Assembly: GCA_009692505.1 (NCBI GenBank)
Contig: SHZC01000004.1
Coordinates: 2,135-66,134, forward strand
Direction of reading: 5' to 3'
Length of the DNA: 64,000 nt
Source: Myxococcales bacterium
GTDB taxonomy: Bacteria; Myxococcota_A; Bradymonadia; UBA7976; UBA1532
Shown here: piece after piece, positions 36,833 through 46,132 of the stretch
How the letters are laid out: every line of letters starts with the position of its first letter
How positions within the stretch are numbered: position 1 is the stretch's first letter
Notes under the pieces: generated by a model
Database searches by the model: none
Seen by the model: the letters and a program-made list of their open reading frames with translations, nothing else
What the model was told of the DNA's origin: nothing
Made by a program: the position numbers and the translations under genes

Positions 36833-37519
36833 TTACTCGGCTACCCAGTCGCAGGCCCTCTTCTCGGGCTTGCCGGTCTCTTTGTCGATCTTCGGCGCAA
36901 CCTCTTGGTCGACGGGCACGACGGTGATCTTCCGAATCGTGCCTGCGACGCAGGGTTTGGCCTTCTTGTCGCAGTTCAAAATGATCACGTCGCGCTTGTC
37001 GCCGACCCTGACCCCGTAGTCTGCCCTCACCTCGTACTCGCCGAGCGGCAGCTTCTTGAACGTGAACTCGGAGCGAACGTCGTTGAAGGGCATCTCGTCC
37101 TCGATCTTCATCGAGGTCTCGAGCCCGGTCGCGAGGTTCTTCGCGACGATGAGCGAGGTCGTCTGACCGGTGCGCCGGACGAAGGGGCAGATACGAACCT
37201 TCAGGCGCCCTTCGCCGGGACCGGGGGGACGGTCTGCCTCGGCCTGGACCTTGGCCTTCTCGGCGTCGGCGCGACGCTGGTCTTCCATGGCGAGCTTCTC
37301 GGCCTCGGTCCGCTGACCTTTGAGGCACCGCTCGTACATGCAGACGTACTTCGGGTGCTTGCAGTCCTCATCTTGAGCGCACGTCGGCGGCAAGAGGATC
37401 GGCGCGCTCTCGGCCTTCGTGGCCTCGGTCGGCGAGCTCTCCTTGCAGCCGGCCATCGCCAACGCGCCGAGCGTCATTGCCAAGGCGACGAGCGCCCGGC
37501 CCGCCAAAACGTTTCGCAT
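36833..37519 (-). CDS. Cys-rich lipoprotein of unknown function
   Basis: ATG 37519 gives MRNVLAGRALVALAMTLGALAMAGC (lipobox). A charged helical linker (QRTEAEKLAMEDQRRADAEKAKVQAEAD) is followed by a beta-rich C-terminal domain. Confidence 0.55.
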   Translation of the reverse strand: MRNVLAGRALVALAMTLGALAMAGCKESSPTEATKAESAPILLPPTCAQDEDCKHPKYVCMYERCLKGQRTEAEKLAMEDQRRADAEKAKVQAEADRPPGPGEGRLKVRICPFVRRTGQTTSLIVAKNLATGLETSMKIEDEMPFNDVRSEFTFKKLPLGEYEVRADYGVRVGDKRDVIILNCDKKAKPCVAGTIRKITVVPVDQEVAPKIDKETGKPEKRACDWVAE

Positions 37520-37650
37520 CCAGCTACACGAACTGCTCAAGGGATCGCCTCCGAATCTCAGCGCGCGCAGACGCTAGTTCAATTCGAACGCGGAGTAAAA
37601 ACGGCAATCCAATCCGGGCACGGTGCAGATTTTTTCACGGCGACCCTACC

Positions 37651-37679
37651 TTGACAGTCGGGGGAGCCTCTTGTACCAA
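37651..37679 (+). promoter_or_regulatory. Candidate sigma70-type promoter for the exbB-exbD-exbD operon
   Basis: TTGACA (37651-37656), 17-nt spacer, TACCAA (37674-37679), within an AT-richer intergenic stretch. The -10 match is poor. Confidence 0.2.
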
Positions 37680-37760
37680 TTCGCCGTCTTGAAGGCCGGG
37701 AAACGCTCGGCTGTAGGCCGTTATCCACTCTGCCACCTGAGTCTCCGGAGGTTTTCTTTC

Positions 37761-38408
37761 ATGGATAAGCTCGCGATAGCGTTCGCCGAGGGCGGCGTCA
37801 TGATGTGGCCCATCCTCTTTCTGTCGATCGTCTGCTGGGCGATTGTGATCGAGCGAGCGTATTTCCTGTACGGCAAGGCAAGCGTCCGCGCCGAGGAGAT
37901 GGTCACGATGCTGCAGCAGAGCATCATGTCGGGCGATCTGGCGAAGGCCATCCGGTACGTCTCGGCCTCCAATACCCCCCTGGCCCGCATCATTCACGCC
38001 GGACTCCTGAAGGCCAAGGGCGATGCCGAGGAGGTCCAGGCGGCCATGGACGAAGCGGCTCTGCGTGAGCTGCCCCGCGTCGAGAAGCGCACGCCCTACC
38101 TCGCCATGCTCTCGAACGTGGCCATGCTCGTGGGCCTCTTGGGGACCATCATCGGCATGATCGTTTCGTTCGGCGCGGTCGCGAACGCCGACGCCTCCGA
38201 GAAGGCCACGAAGCTCGCTGAGGGCATCTCCGAGGCCATGAACTGCACGGCTTTCGGTCTCATCACGGCCGTCCCCGCGCTCCTCTTCTACGCCATCCTT
38301 CAGGGCAAGACCCAGTCGATCATCGACGAGGTCAACGAAGGCTCGCTTCGCATCGTCAACTTCGTCTTGGCGAACCGCCACAAGCTGAAGGACTCCAAGG
38401 AGACCTGA
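37761..38408 (+). CDS. MotA/TolQ/ExbB-family proton channel protein
   Basis: 215 aa. …GGVMMWPILFLSIVCWAIVIERAYFL… and C-terminal …LAEGISEAMNCTAFGLITAVPALLFYAIL… typical of ExbB/TolQ. The 37623 start is rejected. Confidence 0.85.
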   Translation: MDKLAIAFAEGGVMMWPILFLSIVCWAIVIERAYFLYGKASVRAEEMVTMLQQSIMSGDLAKAIRYVSASNTPLARIIHAGLLKAKGDAEEVQAAMDEAALRELPRVEKRTPYLAMLSNVAMLVGLLGTIIGMIVSFGAVANADASEKATKLAEGISEAMNCTAFGLITAVPALLFYAILQGKTQSIIDEVNEGSLRIVNFVLANRHKLKDSKET

Positions 38409-38483
38409 GAGCCTAACGCGCTCCGCTCCCTTTTGAGTTTCTCTTGGTGCTCCTCTTCCCTCTAGACAACCGAGGATAATCCC

Positions 38484-39050
38484 ATGGCGGGTGGTGGCGG
38501 CCCTACGCCGGCAAAAGGCGGAAAAAAGTCGGTCGACTTCAACGTCAACCTTGTGCCGACGATCGACCTCTTGTCCGTGCTCATCTCCTTCCTGCTGATC
38601 ACCGCGGTGTGGACGCAGCTCGCCCGCATCAACGCGAGCCAGGTTTTGCCCAAGACGCAGAACCAGCCGCCGCCGCCGCCGGACGATAAGGAAAAGGACA
38701 AGAAGCTTTACGTCTTCGTGACGCCCGACGACATCTCGGTCAGCTACACCGAGGAGGCGCCGACGGTCTTCAAGAAGACTGAGGACACCCTACCTATCAA
38801 GCTCTTCCGTGAGGGCATCGGTGAGTTCGCCAAGCGCGCCAAAGAGCCCCGCAAGGAGCAGGTCGTCGTGGTCGCGCCGACCGACGGCACCGAGTACCGG
38901 ACCGTCATCGAGGTGATGGACGTATTGCTCGACAACTCGCTGACCGGCATGTCCATCGGCGACGCCAACGTCGTCCGCGGCACCATGCCCGAAGACCCCA
39001 ACTCTCCCCCGCCGGGCGGCGCCCCCCCCCCGGGCGGCGCGCCTCAGTGA
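38484..39050 (+). CDS. ExbD/TolR-family protein (paralogue 1) with Pro/Gly-rich C-terminal tail
   Basis: NVNLVPTIDLLSVLISFLLI contains the conserved TM Asp. ExbD periplasmic domain. Tail PEDPNSPPPGGAPPPGGAPQ. Confidence 0.8.
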   Translation: MAGGGGPTPAKGGKKSVDFNVNLVPTIDLLSVLISFLLITAVWTQLARINASQVLPKTQNQPPPPPDDKEKDKKLYVFVTPDDISVSYTEEAPTVFKKTEDTLPIKLFREGIGEFAKRAKEPRKEQVVVVAPTDGTEYRTVIEVMDVLLDNSLTGMSIGDANVVRGTMPEDPNSPPPGGAPPPGGAPQ

Positions 39051-39065
39051 TCGAGAGGACCGTTC

Positions 39066-39686
39066 ATGCCCTTCGTCCACAAGCCGGGTAAGCGCCTCGT
39101 CGTCAACGCCCCCCTCAAGTTCGTACGCGAACGTGCGAAGGGTCACGGGCGGTCGAGCGGCTACGCCGATCTGAACGTCACGCCCATGGTCGATATGTTG
39201 ACCATGTTGGTCATCTTCTTGCTCCAGACGTTCAGCGCGTCGGGCGAGATCTTGACCATCTCTAAAGACATCACCATGCCCAAGGCGTTCAACGCGACGC
39301 CGCTCGAGCCCGCGCCGATCATCGCCATCTCCATGGCGAAGATCGCCTTTCAAGGGCAGTTCGTCATGGACTCCACGGGCATCAACAACGAGAAGTTCAT
39401 CGACTTCGTCCTGCCGCCGCTCAAGGAGCGCCTCGAGCGCAACCGTGACCAGTGGCGCCTGCACAACCCCTCCAAGTCCTTCGACGGCCAGATCATCATC
39501 CAGTCCGACAACTCGGTGAACTTCGCCGTGATCAAGATGATCATGATGACCTGCGCGCAGGCCGAGTATACGAGCATGAACTTCGCGGTCCTTCGCACGG
39601 GTCGCGGCGACGCGGCGGTCGGCGAGGTGCCACCCGGTGGTGCAGCAGCCCCGGAGGGCGGCGAAGCCCCGGCGGGCGGCGGCTGA
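39066..39686 (+). CDS. ExbD/TolR-family protein (paralogue 2) with Gly/Ala/Pro-rich tail
   Basis: LNVTPMVDMLTMLVIFLL contains the conserved TM Asp. …IIIQSDNSVNFAVIKMIMMTCAQA… is the ExbD core. Tail GEVPPGGAAAPEGGEAPAGGG. Confidence 0.8.
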   Translation: MPFVHKPGKRLVVNAPLKFVRERAKGHGRSSGYADLNVTPMVDMLTMLVIFLLQTFSASGEILTISKDITMPKAFNATPLEPAPIIAISMAKIAFQGQFVMDSTGINNEKFIDFVLPPLKERLERNRDQWRLHNPSKSFDGQIIIQSDNSVNFAVIKMIMMTCAQAEYTSMNFAVLRTGRGDAAVGEVPPGGAAAPEGGEAPAGGG

Positions 39687-39703
39687 CGCCCATCCTGCGA
39701 TGG

Positions 39704-40672
39704 ATGCACGGGCGGTGGAGTGGGCTCCTCCTCCTGTTCGCGCTCATCGTCACGGCGTTCGTGACGGTCTTCTACTTTCAGCGGACGGGCGGCGCGTTCG
39801 ACGAGTTTCGCGTGGCCAAGTTCACGCTCTTGACCTTGGAGCAGATCCCGGTCCTGCGTGAGAACGGCATGGCCGTCGAGGTCATGGCGGACACCGAGCT
39901 CGAAATCCTCTGCCACCGCGTGGCCCCCCTGCCCGAGCACGGGGTCGAGCACTTCCGGTTCGAGATCCAAGGCGTCGTTCACGAGCAGCCGGACTGCAAC
40001 CGTCTGTTCAGGCTGCCGGGGGTCGTCGGTGACGTCGTGGTCATCGATGTCCAATACGTGCTCAAATCGACGGACGGTGGCCAGACAATCATCGACCGCT
40101 ACACCTTCGAGGCGCTGCTCGTGCCGCGCGGTCCATTCGTTCGCCTGCGGGGGTTCGGCACGCCGAAGAACGAGAAGATCGAGGGTCTGACCTTGCCCTA
40201 CGAGGTCATGCCCTACGCCGAGGCGGGCATCGCCCTGGACGGCAAGGTCGGTGAGTTCACGGCGCTGTTTTTTGTGAGGCGCCCGGGGCGCTCCGAGTGG
40301 CTCATGCGCGTGGCGCTGCCCACGGAGGCCGGGGGCGCGCTCAGACCCCAGTCGGCTTCGGTTCGGACCTACCGGCGATGGGGCGAGTGGACGGGCTACG
40401 CGCTCATCCCCGAGGAGCCCATCGCGCTCGGCCTGCCCGATGACCACCGCGAGCTCTTCGAGGTCACGGCCGCCGTCTTTCGGAAGCCCGACGCCGCGGC
40501 ACTGTTTGACCGGTGCTGTGCGTCCGGAAGCAGCGCTACGGGGGGCGCGTTCGCGATTGGCGGTCTCACGGACGCGGAGCTCAAAGGCAAGGCGTTTCAG
40601 GGGCTCGTCGCCCGACCGCTCTCGGTCGTGCGCGCCGCGACGGAACACGGCGTCGCCCACTCCATCCCCTGA
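39704..40672 (+). CDS. Signal-anchored protein of unknown function occupying the TonB/TolA position
   Basis: ATG 39704 lies 18 nt after the exbD2 stop. One N-terminal TM helix (WSGLLLLFALIVTAFVTVFYF) and ~290 aa predicted to be periplasmic. No Pro-rich spacer or TonB C-terminal pattern recognised. Confidence 0.5.
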   Translation: MHGRWSGLLLLFALIVTAFVTVFYFQRTGGAFDEFRVAKFTLLTLEQIPVLRENGMAVEVMADTELEILCHRVAPLPEHGVEHFRFEIQGVVHEQPDCNRLFRLPGVVGDVVVIDVQYVLKSTDGGQTIIDRYTFEALLVPRGPFVRLRGFGTPKNEKIEGLTLPYEVMPYAEAGIALDGKVGEFTALFFVRRPGRSEWLMRVALPTEAGGALRPQSASVRTYRRWGEWTGYALIPEEPIALGLPDDHRELFEVTAAVFRKPDAAALFDRCCASGSSATGGAFAIGGLTDAELKGKAFQGLVARPLSVVRAATEHGVAHSIP

Positions 40673-40704
40673 GGTCGCTCCGCAGGCTCTGACGTCGCTC
40701 GCGC

Positions 40705-41487
40705 TCAGTCGCCCTTCATCAGGCGTCGACGGGAGAAAGTCTCCGCGGGGACCTCGATGTCGAACTGGGGGTCGGTGATCAAGAGCTCCGTCACGCTGCC
40801 TGCGCGGCTCTTGTCCTCCATGCGCATCCGCGCCGCGTAGAGCTTCGCGCCCGAGGTCTTGATCTCGCTCTGGGACATGACCTTCAAGAGCAACCCGCTC
40901 GCCGCGTACCGTTCGACCCGCAGGGGGATGAAGGTGGCCTTGGCGATGAAGGTCTTGCGGCGCGCGTATGTCTGGCCCGGCTGCTTCGCCGTCAGGTCCA
41001 AGACCCAGCAGTCGCTCCCGTCGACTGTTTCGCTGCCGAGGAGCTTGGCGTCGTAGTCCTGGAGCAGGGCGCGGCTCTCGAGCATGTCCTCGTAGCTGAA
41101 GTCACTGTCCATGAGCGACTGCCGGAGCAGGTGCCCGCTGACCTTCACGACCTTCTCCGTGCCCGGCAGGAACATGTAAAGGTTCTTGTCTACCTTGAGA
41201 TACTTGATCCCCTTGTCGCGGGCGGGGGCCAGGAACTCGCTGTAGCTGTCGTCCCAACCTCGCGACTGCATCCGTAGGGTGCGCGCGTCGGACTTGCCGT
41301 CCCGAGTCACGGTCATCGTGGCGACCGCGATGCGCGTCTTGAACGTGAGCACCTCATCCATCTTGCGGACGAGCTCCTCGGCGGTCGGGGGAGGTACGAC
41401 CGGGCCTGATGGGCCCTGGGCCACGGCGGTGAACGGGGCCAGGGCCGAGAGAATCAGCGCGATCGTGAGCAGACGATTGGTCAACAA
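40705..41487 (-). CDS. LolA-like outer-membrane lipoprotein-sorting family protein
   Basis: Signal peptide MLTNRLLTIALILSALAPFTAVAQG and a GGAGG RBS. …TMTVTRDGKSDARTLRMQSRGWDDSYSEFLAPARDKGIKYLKVDKNLYMFLPG…DSDFSYEDM… matches the LolA_like pattern usually found beside FtsX-type ABC permeases. Confidence 0.7.
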   Translation of the reverse strand: MLTNRLLTIALILSALAPFTAVAQGPSGPVVPPPTAEELVRKMDEVLTFKTRIAVATMTVTRDGKSDARTLRMQSRGWDDSYSEFLAPARDKGIKYLKVDKNLYMFLPGTEKVVKVSGHLLRQSLMDSDFSYEDMLESRALLQDYDAKLLGSETVDGSDCWVLDLTAKQPGQTYARRKTFIAKATFIPLRVERYAASGLLLKVMSQSEIKTSGAKLYAARMRMEDKSRAGSVTELLITDPQFDIEVPAETFSRRRLMKGD

Positions 41488-41555
41488 GGTTTACCTCCTC
41501 CAAGGGTCTCGAACCTAACGCGCTCGAGGGGTCTCGTTCCAGCCCAGAGCGCGTC

Positions 41556-42851
41556 TCACTTGCCGCGACGCATGGCCTCGATGGGCAAGACGCGGCTCGC
41601 GCGCATCGCGGGCCAGAACGCGCCGAACAACACCACAAAGAGACCGACGCTCACCGCCCAAACGAGCCCCTCGAGGGTCGGCACCGCCTGGATGACGTTG
41701 CTTACAGGGACCAGCATCTTGCGAGTCGTGCTCTCGCCCAAGCGGATGCCCGTCTCGGCCAGATAGAAGCTGGCCGCCCCGCCAAAGACCACACCCAAGG
41801 ACGCCCCGACGATCCCGTAGGCCGAGGCCTCCAGCAGAAAGACCTTCACGATGCTCCGCCGCGCGAGCCCCAGCGACAGCAGAACCCCGATCTCCCGTTG
41901 CCGTTCGAGCACGGTCATCATCATCGTATTGAGCAGGTTGATGCCGGCCACGCCGATGATCATGAACATGAGGATCGACAAGACGACCCGGAAGATCCCT
42001 GAGACGAGCCGGGCCATGCCGATCTCGCTCCAGATGGAGACCTCCAAGCCGTCGACGAGGCCCGTCTTCTTCAAGGTGTCGCGCAGGGCCTCGGCCTCCT
42101 CGAGATCCTCACCGACGAGCACGATCTCGGTGGCCTCATCGTGCAAATCGAGCAGTCGTTCCGCCACGGTGATGGGCAGATGCGCGAGGCGGTTGGCGAA
42201 GCGATTGCCGTAGTCAACGATGCCGACGACGTGGGCCTCAACGTCTCGGATGCCCTTGCGGTAGCTGATGATCTGCACGTCGTCGCCCGCTTTGACGCCG
42301 AGCCGCTTCGCGAGATCGGCCCCGAGCAGGACCTCGTTCGCGTCGTCTGCGGTGAACCACGACCCGCTCTTGAGGCGATCATCAATCCTCGACAGTCCTC
42401 GCTCAATCGAGGGCTCGAAGGCCACGGCGGGCGCGAACTCGAGCACCTTCCTTCCGAAGATCTGATCGTCGGTGAGCGTGTCTTCGTCGACGGCCGCGGA
42501 CTCGGGCACGATGGTCGAGACATCGGTGTACTGGACCATGACGCGGAAGTGGATCCGGGCCGCAGCGAGGACGACGCCCGGCGTGGCTTGTAAACCACCC
42601 GTCAGCGCGCGACGCCCGTGGAGGTTGAACTCCAGCGGCTCAAAGCGGCTCTCGCGCTCGTAGTCGGCGTGTCGGACCCGGACGTGGCCGGTCTGCTTGG
42701 CAAACTCCGTGACAATGTGGTCCTGCAGGCCCGTGAGCATGGCGTGGCCGACCATGAGCAGGCCGACGGAGACGACGACGGCGAAGGTCGTCAGGAGCGT
42801 GCGTGCGCGGTTTCGGGTGGTGTTTCGCCACGCGTATCGGAGGAGGTACAT
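41556..42851 (-). CDS. ABC transporter permease, FtsX/MacB type (large periplasmic domain)
   Basis: N-terminus MYLLRYAWRNTTRNRARTLLT, ~240-aa extracytoplasmic insert, and a C-terminal FtsX 3-TM bundle (…LNTMMMTVLERQREIGVLLSLGL…). Confidence 0.85.
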   Translation of the reverse strand: MYLLRYAWRNTTRNRARTLLTTFAVVVSVGLLMVGHAMLTGLQDHIVTEFAKQTGHVRVRHADYERESRFEPLEFNLHGRRALTGGLQATPGVVLAAARIHFRVMVQYTDVSTIVPESAAVDEDTLTDDQIFGRKVLEFAPAVAFEPSIERGLSRIDDRLKSGSWFTADDANEVLLGADLAKRLGVKAGDDVQIISYRKGIRDVEAHVVGIVDYGNRFANRLAHLPITVAERLLDLHDEATEIVLVGEDLEEAEALRDTLKKTGLVDGLEVSIWSEIGMARLVSGIFRVVLSILMFMIIGVAGINLLNTMMMTVLERQREIGVLLSLGLARRSIVKVFLLEASAYGIVGASLGVVFGGAASFYLAETGIRLGESTTRKMLVPVSNVIQAVPTLEGLVWAVSVGLFVVLFGAFWPAMRASRVLPIEAMRRGK

Positions 42852-42854
42852 GGC

Positions 42855-44090
42855 TCAGTCGCCCTCCCGCAGGGCGTCGATGGGGCTGAGCCGCGAGGCC
42901 CGCACCGCCGGCCACAACGCGGCAAGAAAAGCGACCAGGAGGCCCAAGGCCACGCCGAACTGCACCGTCTGGGCGCGCACGTCGAAGTACAGGATCGGCG
43001 GGACGAGCGTGACCTGCTCGGCGCCCTGCAGGGCTTCGAAGCGAATGCCGACACGGGCGAAGTGCAGCGAGATGAGCAGGCCGACGAGCGCGCCGAGCAC
43101 GGCCCCGACGGCGGCGATGAAGACGGACTCGGCGGCGAGAAGCAGCCTCACGCGCGATGGAGACAGTCCCACCGCCAGGAGCGTGCCGATCTCGCCGGTG
43201 CGCTCAAACGCGCTCATCATCGCCGTGTTCGCCGCGCCTGCCGCCCCGATGAGCATGATGAGCGCGACGATGATGTTGAAGGCGGAGCGTCTCAGCGCGT
43301 TGACGTCGCGGAAGTCCTGCGTTCGCTCGAGCCACGTCTCGGTCGTCAACTGACCCGCAAACCTGTTCTCAATGTGGACCTCGGCGGCCTCGGCATAGCT
43401 CGGCGTGGGGAAGCGGGCGAGGACCTCGGTGGCGAAGCCCGGCGGCAGATCGAGGAACTCCGCGCCAAAGTCCCGGGGCAGGAAGACCGAGAAGTTGTCA
43501 ACGAGCGGGTGGCCGGACGCGATGCTCCCGGCGAAGCGCACCGCGTCGAGGGCGTTGAGCGTGCCTCGGCGGGTCTTGGCCTTGAGGAAGATGCGATCCC
43601 CCGGCTTCCAACCGAACGTCGAAGCGATGCCTGTGCCCGCCCAGAGGTAGGGTTCGTCACCCGGCAGGACGGGCAAGGCGCCGAGGTCGAAGACGCGGAG
43701 GTAAGCCTCGCGATCGATGACTACGCCCCGGCAGCGAAGGGTGCGGCGACCATCCCCGACCTCGGCCGCGAACGAGACGCGCGAGACGACCTCGGTCCCG
43801 GCCTGTTGGGCGACGAGCGCCAACGCCACCTGCTCCGGCTCGGGGAAGGGCAGGTCAAGCGGGTTGTAGTCTTCCTCAGCGAGGTAGGCCTCGGGGACCA
43901 CGCGGATGTGGCCCGACTCGTTCTTGACCTCGATGTCGATGAGCGTGGTGTCGATCCCGTCTACGAAGCTCCGGGAGACGATGAACAAGGCGACGCCGAG
44001 CCCGATGGACGAGAGAGTGAAGAGCGATCGCCGCCGGTTGCGGAGCGCGTTTCGTCCGGCCAGGCGCAGCAGGTAGAGCACATCAGCCAT
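42855..44090 (-). CDS. ABC transporter permease, FtsX/MacB type (second paralogue)
   Basis: MADVLYLLRLAGRNALRNRRRSLFT…, periplasmic insert, …ANTAMMSAFERTGEIGTLLAVGL…. The start at 44090 gives an 8-nt overlap with the ATPase gene; the ORF-track start at 44123 is also possible. Confidence 0.85.
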   Translation of the reverse strand: MADVLYLLRLAGRNALRNRRRSLFTLSSIGLGVALFIVSRSFVDGIDTTLIDIEVKNESGHIRVVPEAYLAEEDYNPLDLPFPEPEQVALALVAQQAGTEVVSRVSFAAEVGDGRRTLRCRGVVIDREAYLRVFDLGALPVLPGDEPYLWAGTGIASTFGWKPGDRIFLKAKTRRGTLNALDAVRFAGSIASGHPLVDNFSVFLPRDFGAEFLDLPPGFATEVLARFPTPSYAEAAEVHIENRFAGQLTTETWLERTQDFRDVNALRRSAFNIIVALIMLIGAAGAANTAMMSAFERTGEIGTLLAVGLSPSRVRLLLAAESVFIAAVGAVLGALVGLLISLHFARVGIRFEALQGAEQVTLVPPILYFDVRAQTVQFGVALGLLVAFLAALWPAVRASRLSPIDALREGD

Positions 44091-44841
44091 GGGCGGCCGA
44101 CGGGGTCTGGTTCGCCTCGTCACCGACGATCCGACCGTCGCTGAGGCGGACGATGCGGCGCGCGTGGCGCATGAGGTGCTCGTCGTGCGTCGAGAAGACG
44201 AACGTGATGCCCAACTGCTCGTTCATCTGGCGCATGAGGGCGATGAGGTCGTCGCTCGTCTTGCGGTCCAGGTTCGCGGTGGGCTCGTCGGCGAGCACGA
44301 GGGCCGGCTTCTTGACCAGCGCCCGCCCGATCGCCACGCGCTGCTGCTGGCCGCCGGAGAGCTGGTTCGGCCGGCGATCCTTCTGCGACTCGAGGCCGAG
44401 AAGCGACAGGACCTCGAGCGTTCGTGCCCGCATCTGCGCGGCGGTCTGGCCCCCGTGAATCTGGAGGGCGAACTCGATGTTCTCGTAGGCCGTCAGCACG
44501 GGGATGAGGTTGAAGCTCTGGAAGATGAATCCGATCTTCGCGTTTCTGACCTCACCCCGCTCGGCCGCGCTCAGGCCGGTGGTCACGTCCCGCCCGTCGA
44601 TGAAGACGCGGCCCGAGGTCGGCGCGTCGAGGCAGCCGATGCAGTGCAAGAGCGTGGACTTGCCCGAGCCTGAGGGGCCCACGAGCGTCAAGAACTCCCC
44701 GCGGCCAATGCTGAGGTTGATGCCGTCCATGGCCCGCACCTCGTTCTCACCCGAGTTGTAAATGCGGGTCGCCGCCTCGATCAGGACGACAGGAGCGGCG
44801 GCGGAAACGGTGGCAGAGGCCGCGGCGGGATCAGAATGCAT
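44083..44841 (-). CDS. ABC transporter ATP-binding protein (MacB/LolD-like)
   Basis: Walker A GPSGSGKSTL, signature LSGGQQQRVAIGRAL, Walker B VLADEPTANLD. Confidence 0.9.
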   Translation of the reverse strand: MHSDPAAASATVSAAAPVVLIEAATRIYNSGENEVRAMDGINLSIGRGEFLTLVGPSGSGKSTLLHCIGCLDAPTSGRVFIDGRDVTTGLSAAERGEVRNAKIGFIFQSFNLIPVLTAYENIEFALQIHGGQTAAQMRARTLEVLSLLGLESQKDRRPNQLSGGQQQRVAIGRALVKKPALVLADEPTANLDRKTSDDLIALMRQMNEQLGITFVFSTHDEHLMRHARRIVRLSDGRIVGDEANQTPSAAHG

Positions 44842-46132
44842 GACGTCCCCAGAGGTAGAGGTTGGCGGTCGGAAGGAGCCTCGCGCCGCCGATGTCGTGG
44901 AGGGTGGTCGCGAGTCCGGGGTTGACGAGGGCGAGCTGCGAGTGTTCGGCCTCCGTCAGGCGCGGGAGCGTCGTTGTAAACTCACCGCCAGTTGGCCCGT
45001 AGGTGAGCTGCGCGCCGAGGGTGATGGTCAGCGACTCCAGGGCGAGCGCGATCAGCTGCGGGGAGATGAGGCCGGATCCGTCGACGAGGTTCGTCACGTC
45101 GAGGGCTTGCGCCCGGAGCCACGAGTTGAGCTCCAGCCGCAGGAGCGCCACGGCATAGTGAGACCCAAGCAGGAGGCGGTCCCGAGTGAAGGTCTCGGCC
45201 AGCGTGGCCTCGGCGCCCGGTTCGCCGAGCACGACCGGGAGGAGTCTCTGGCCCAGGTTCTCCCGGTCCAGCCGCGCTCCGGGTCGAGCCTCACCGTCCC
45301 CTTGATGAAGGTATTCGAGAGAGAGGTAAACCGCCTTGACCACTTCGAAGCTGTAGTCCACGCCGAGCTCGACGGTGGGGAAGACGTCGCTCGGCGCCGC
45401 GCTCGGGACCGTGGCCGTCGCCTCGATCCAGAGCCCGACCTCCCACTCGCCCCTCAGATCGAGGCCGCCGATGAAGTGCTCGTCTTCTTGGTCCCAAGTC
45501 GTCGTCACCGCAGCGTCCGTCGTGCCCATGGTCGTGTCGGCCCGACCGACGAAGCGGCCAGCGCAGCAGGTCTCTGCGGGCACAGCCGCCACCAAAGCCA
45601 CGTTGCTGCGCTCGTCGACGCCGTAGGTCAGGCGCGCGGCGAGCACGCCCACGCGCTCGGCGGTGAGGTCGCCGGCGTCCCGCTCATTGAAGGGATCGGT
45701 GGGGTTGAGCAGGAGGCCCGAGCCCCAGGCGATCGACTGCTTGCCGAACGTGAGATCCAGGTCGTCGTCCGTGGCGGTGAAATAGAGTCGTTCGACAGTC
45801 ACGAGGTCGTCGATGGACTTTGGCTCCCGGTCGAAGGCCAAGTGACCGACCGTCAAGAGCGGCGTCACGACGACCGTCGTATCCGAACCGATGTTCAGCT
45901 TCAGCGTCGGGCGCAGGCGTTCAATCGCGCCGTATCGCTCATCCGGGTGCAGGCCGGGCGGCAGAAAGGGGAGCTTCGCGGTTTCAGGGTCGAGGCCGAA
46001 CAAGACGTGATGCCGACTCTCGACGTAGCCCCCGAGCTCGCCTGTGACGGGGCCTTCACCGAGCTGGGCGGACGACTGCCCGCTGGCAAAGACTGACACC
46101 AGGATCGCGGCCACCACTCGGAGGCCGGTCAT
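44831..46132 (-). CDS. Predicted outer-membrane beta-barrel protein
   Basis: Signal peptide MTGLRVVAAILVSVFASGQSSAQ. Alternating-hydrophobicity strands throughout. The C-terminal …LYLWGRHAF ends in Phe, as in OMP sorting signals. Confidence 0.6.
   Translation of the reverse strand: MTGLRVVAAILVSVFASGQSSAQLGEGPVTGELGGYVESRHHVLFGLDPETAKLPFLPPGLHPDERYGAIERLRPTLKLNIGSDTTVVVTPLLTVGHLAFDREPKSIDDLVTVERLYFTATDDDLDLTFGKQSIAWGSGLLLNPTDPFNERDAGDLTAERVGVLAARLTYGVDERSNVALVAAVPAETCCAGRFVGRADTTMGTTDAAVTTTWDQEDEHFIGGLDLRGEWEVGLWIEATATVPSAAPSDVFPTVELGVDYSFEVVKAVYLSLEYLHQGDGEARPGARLDRENLGQRLLPVVLGEPGAEATLAETFTRDRLLLGSHYAVALLRLELNSWLRAQALDVTNLVDGSGLISPQLIALALESLTITLGAQLTYGPTGGEFTTTLPRLTEAEHSQLALVNPGLATTLHDIGGARLLPTANLYLWGRHAF

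Noticed and set aside
37761-39686. Naming the ExbB-ExbD-ExbD genes as the gliding-motility motor AglR/AglQ/AglS
   Set aside because: The 1 TolQ-like + 2 TolR-like composition fits, but it equally fits TonB-system ExbB-ExbD1-ExbD2. No glt genes are present, and I cannot discriminate the paralogues without alignments.
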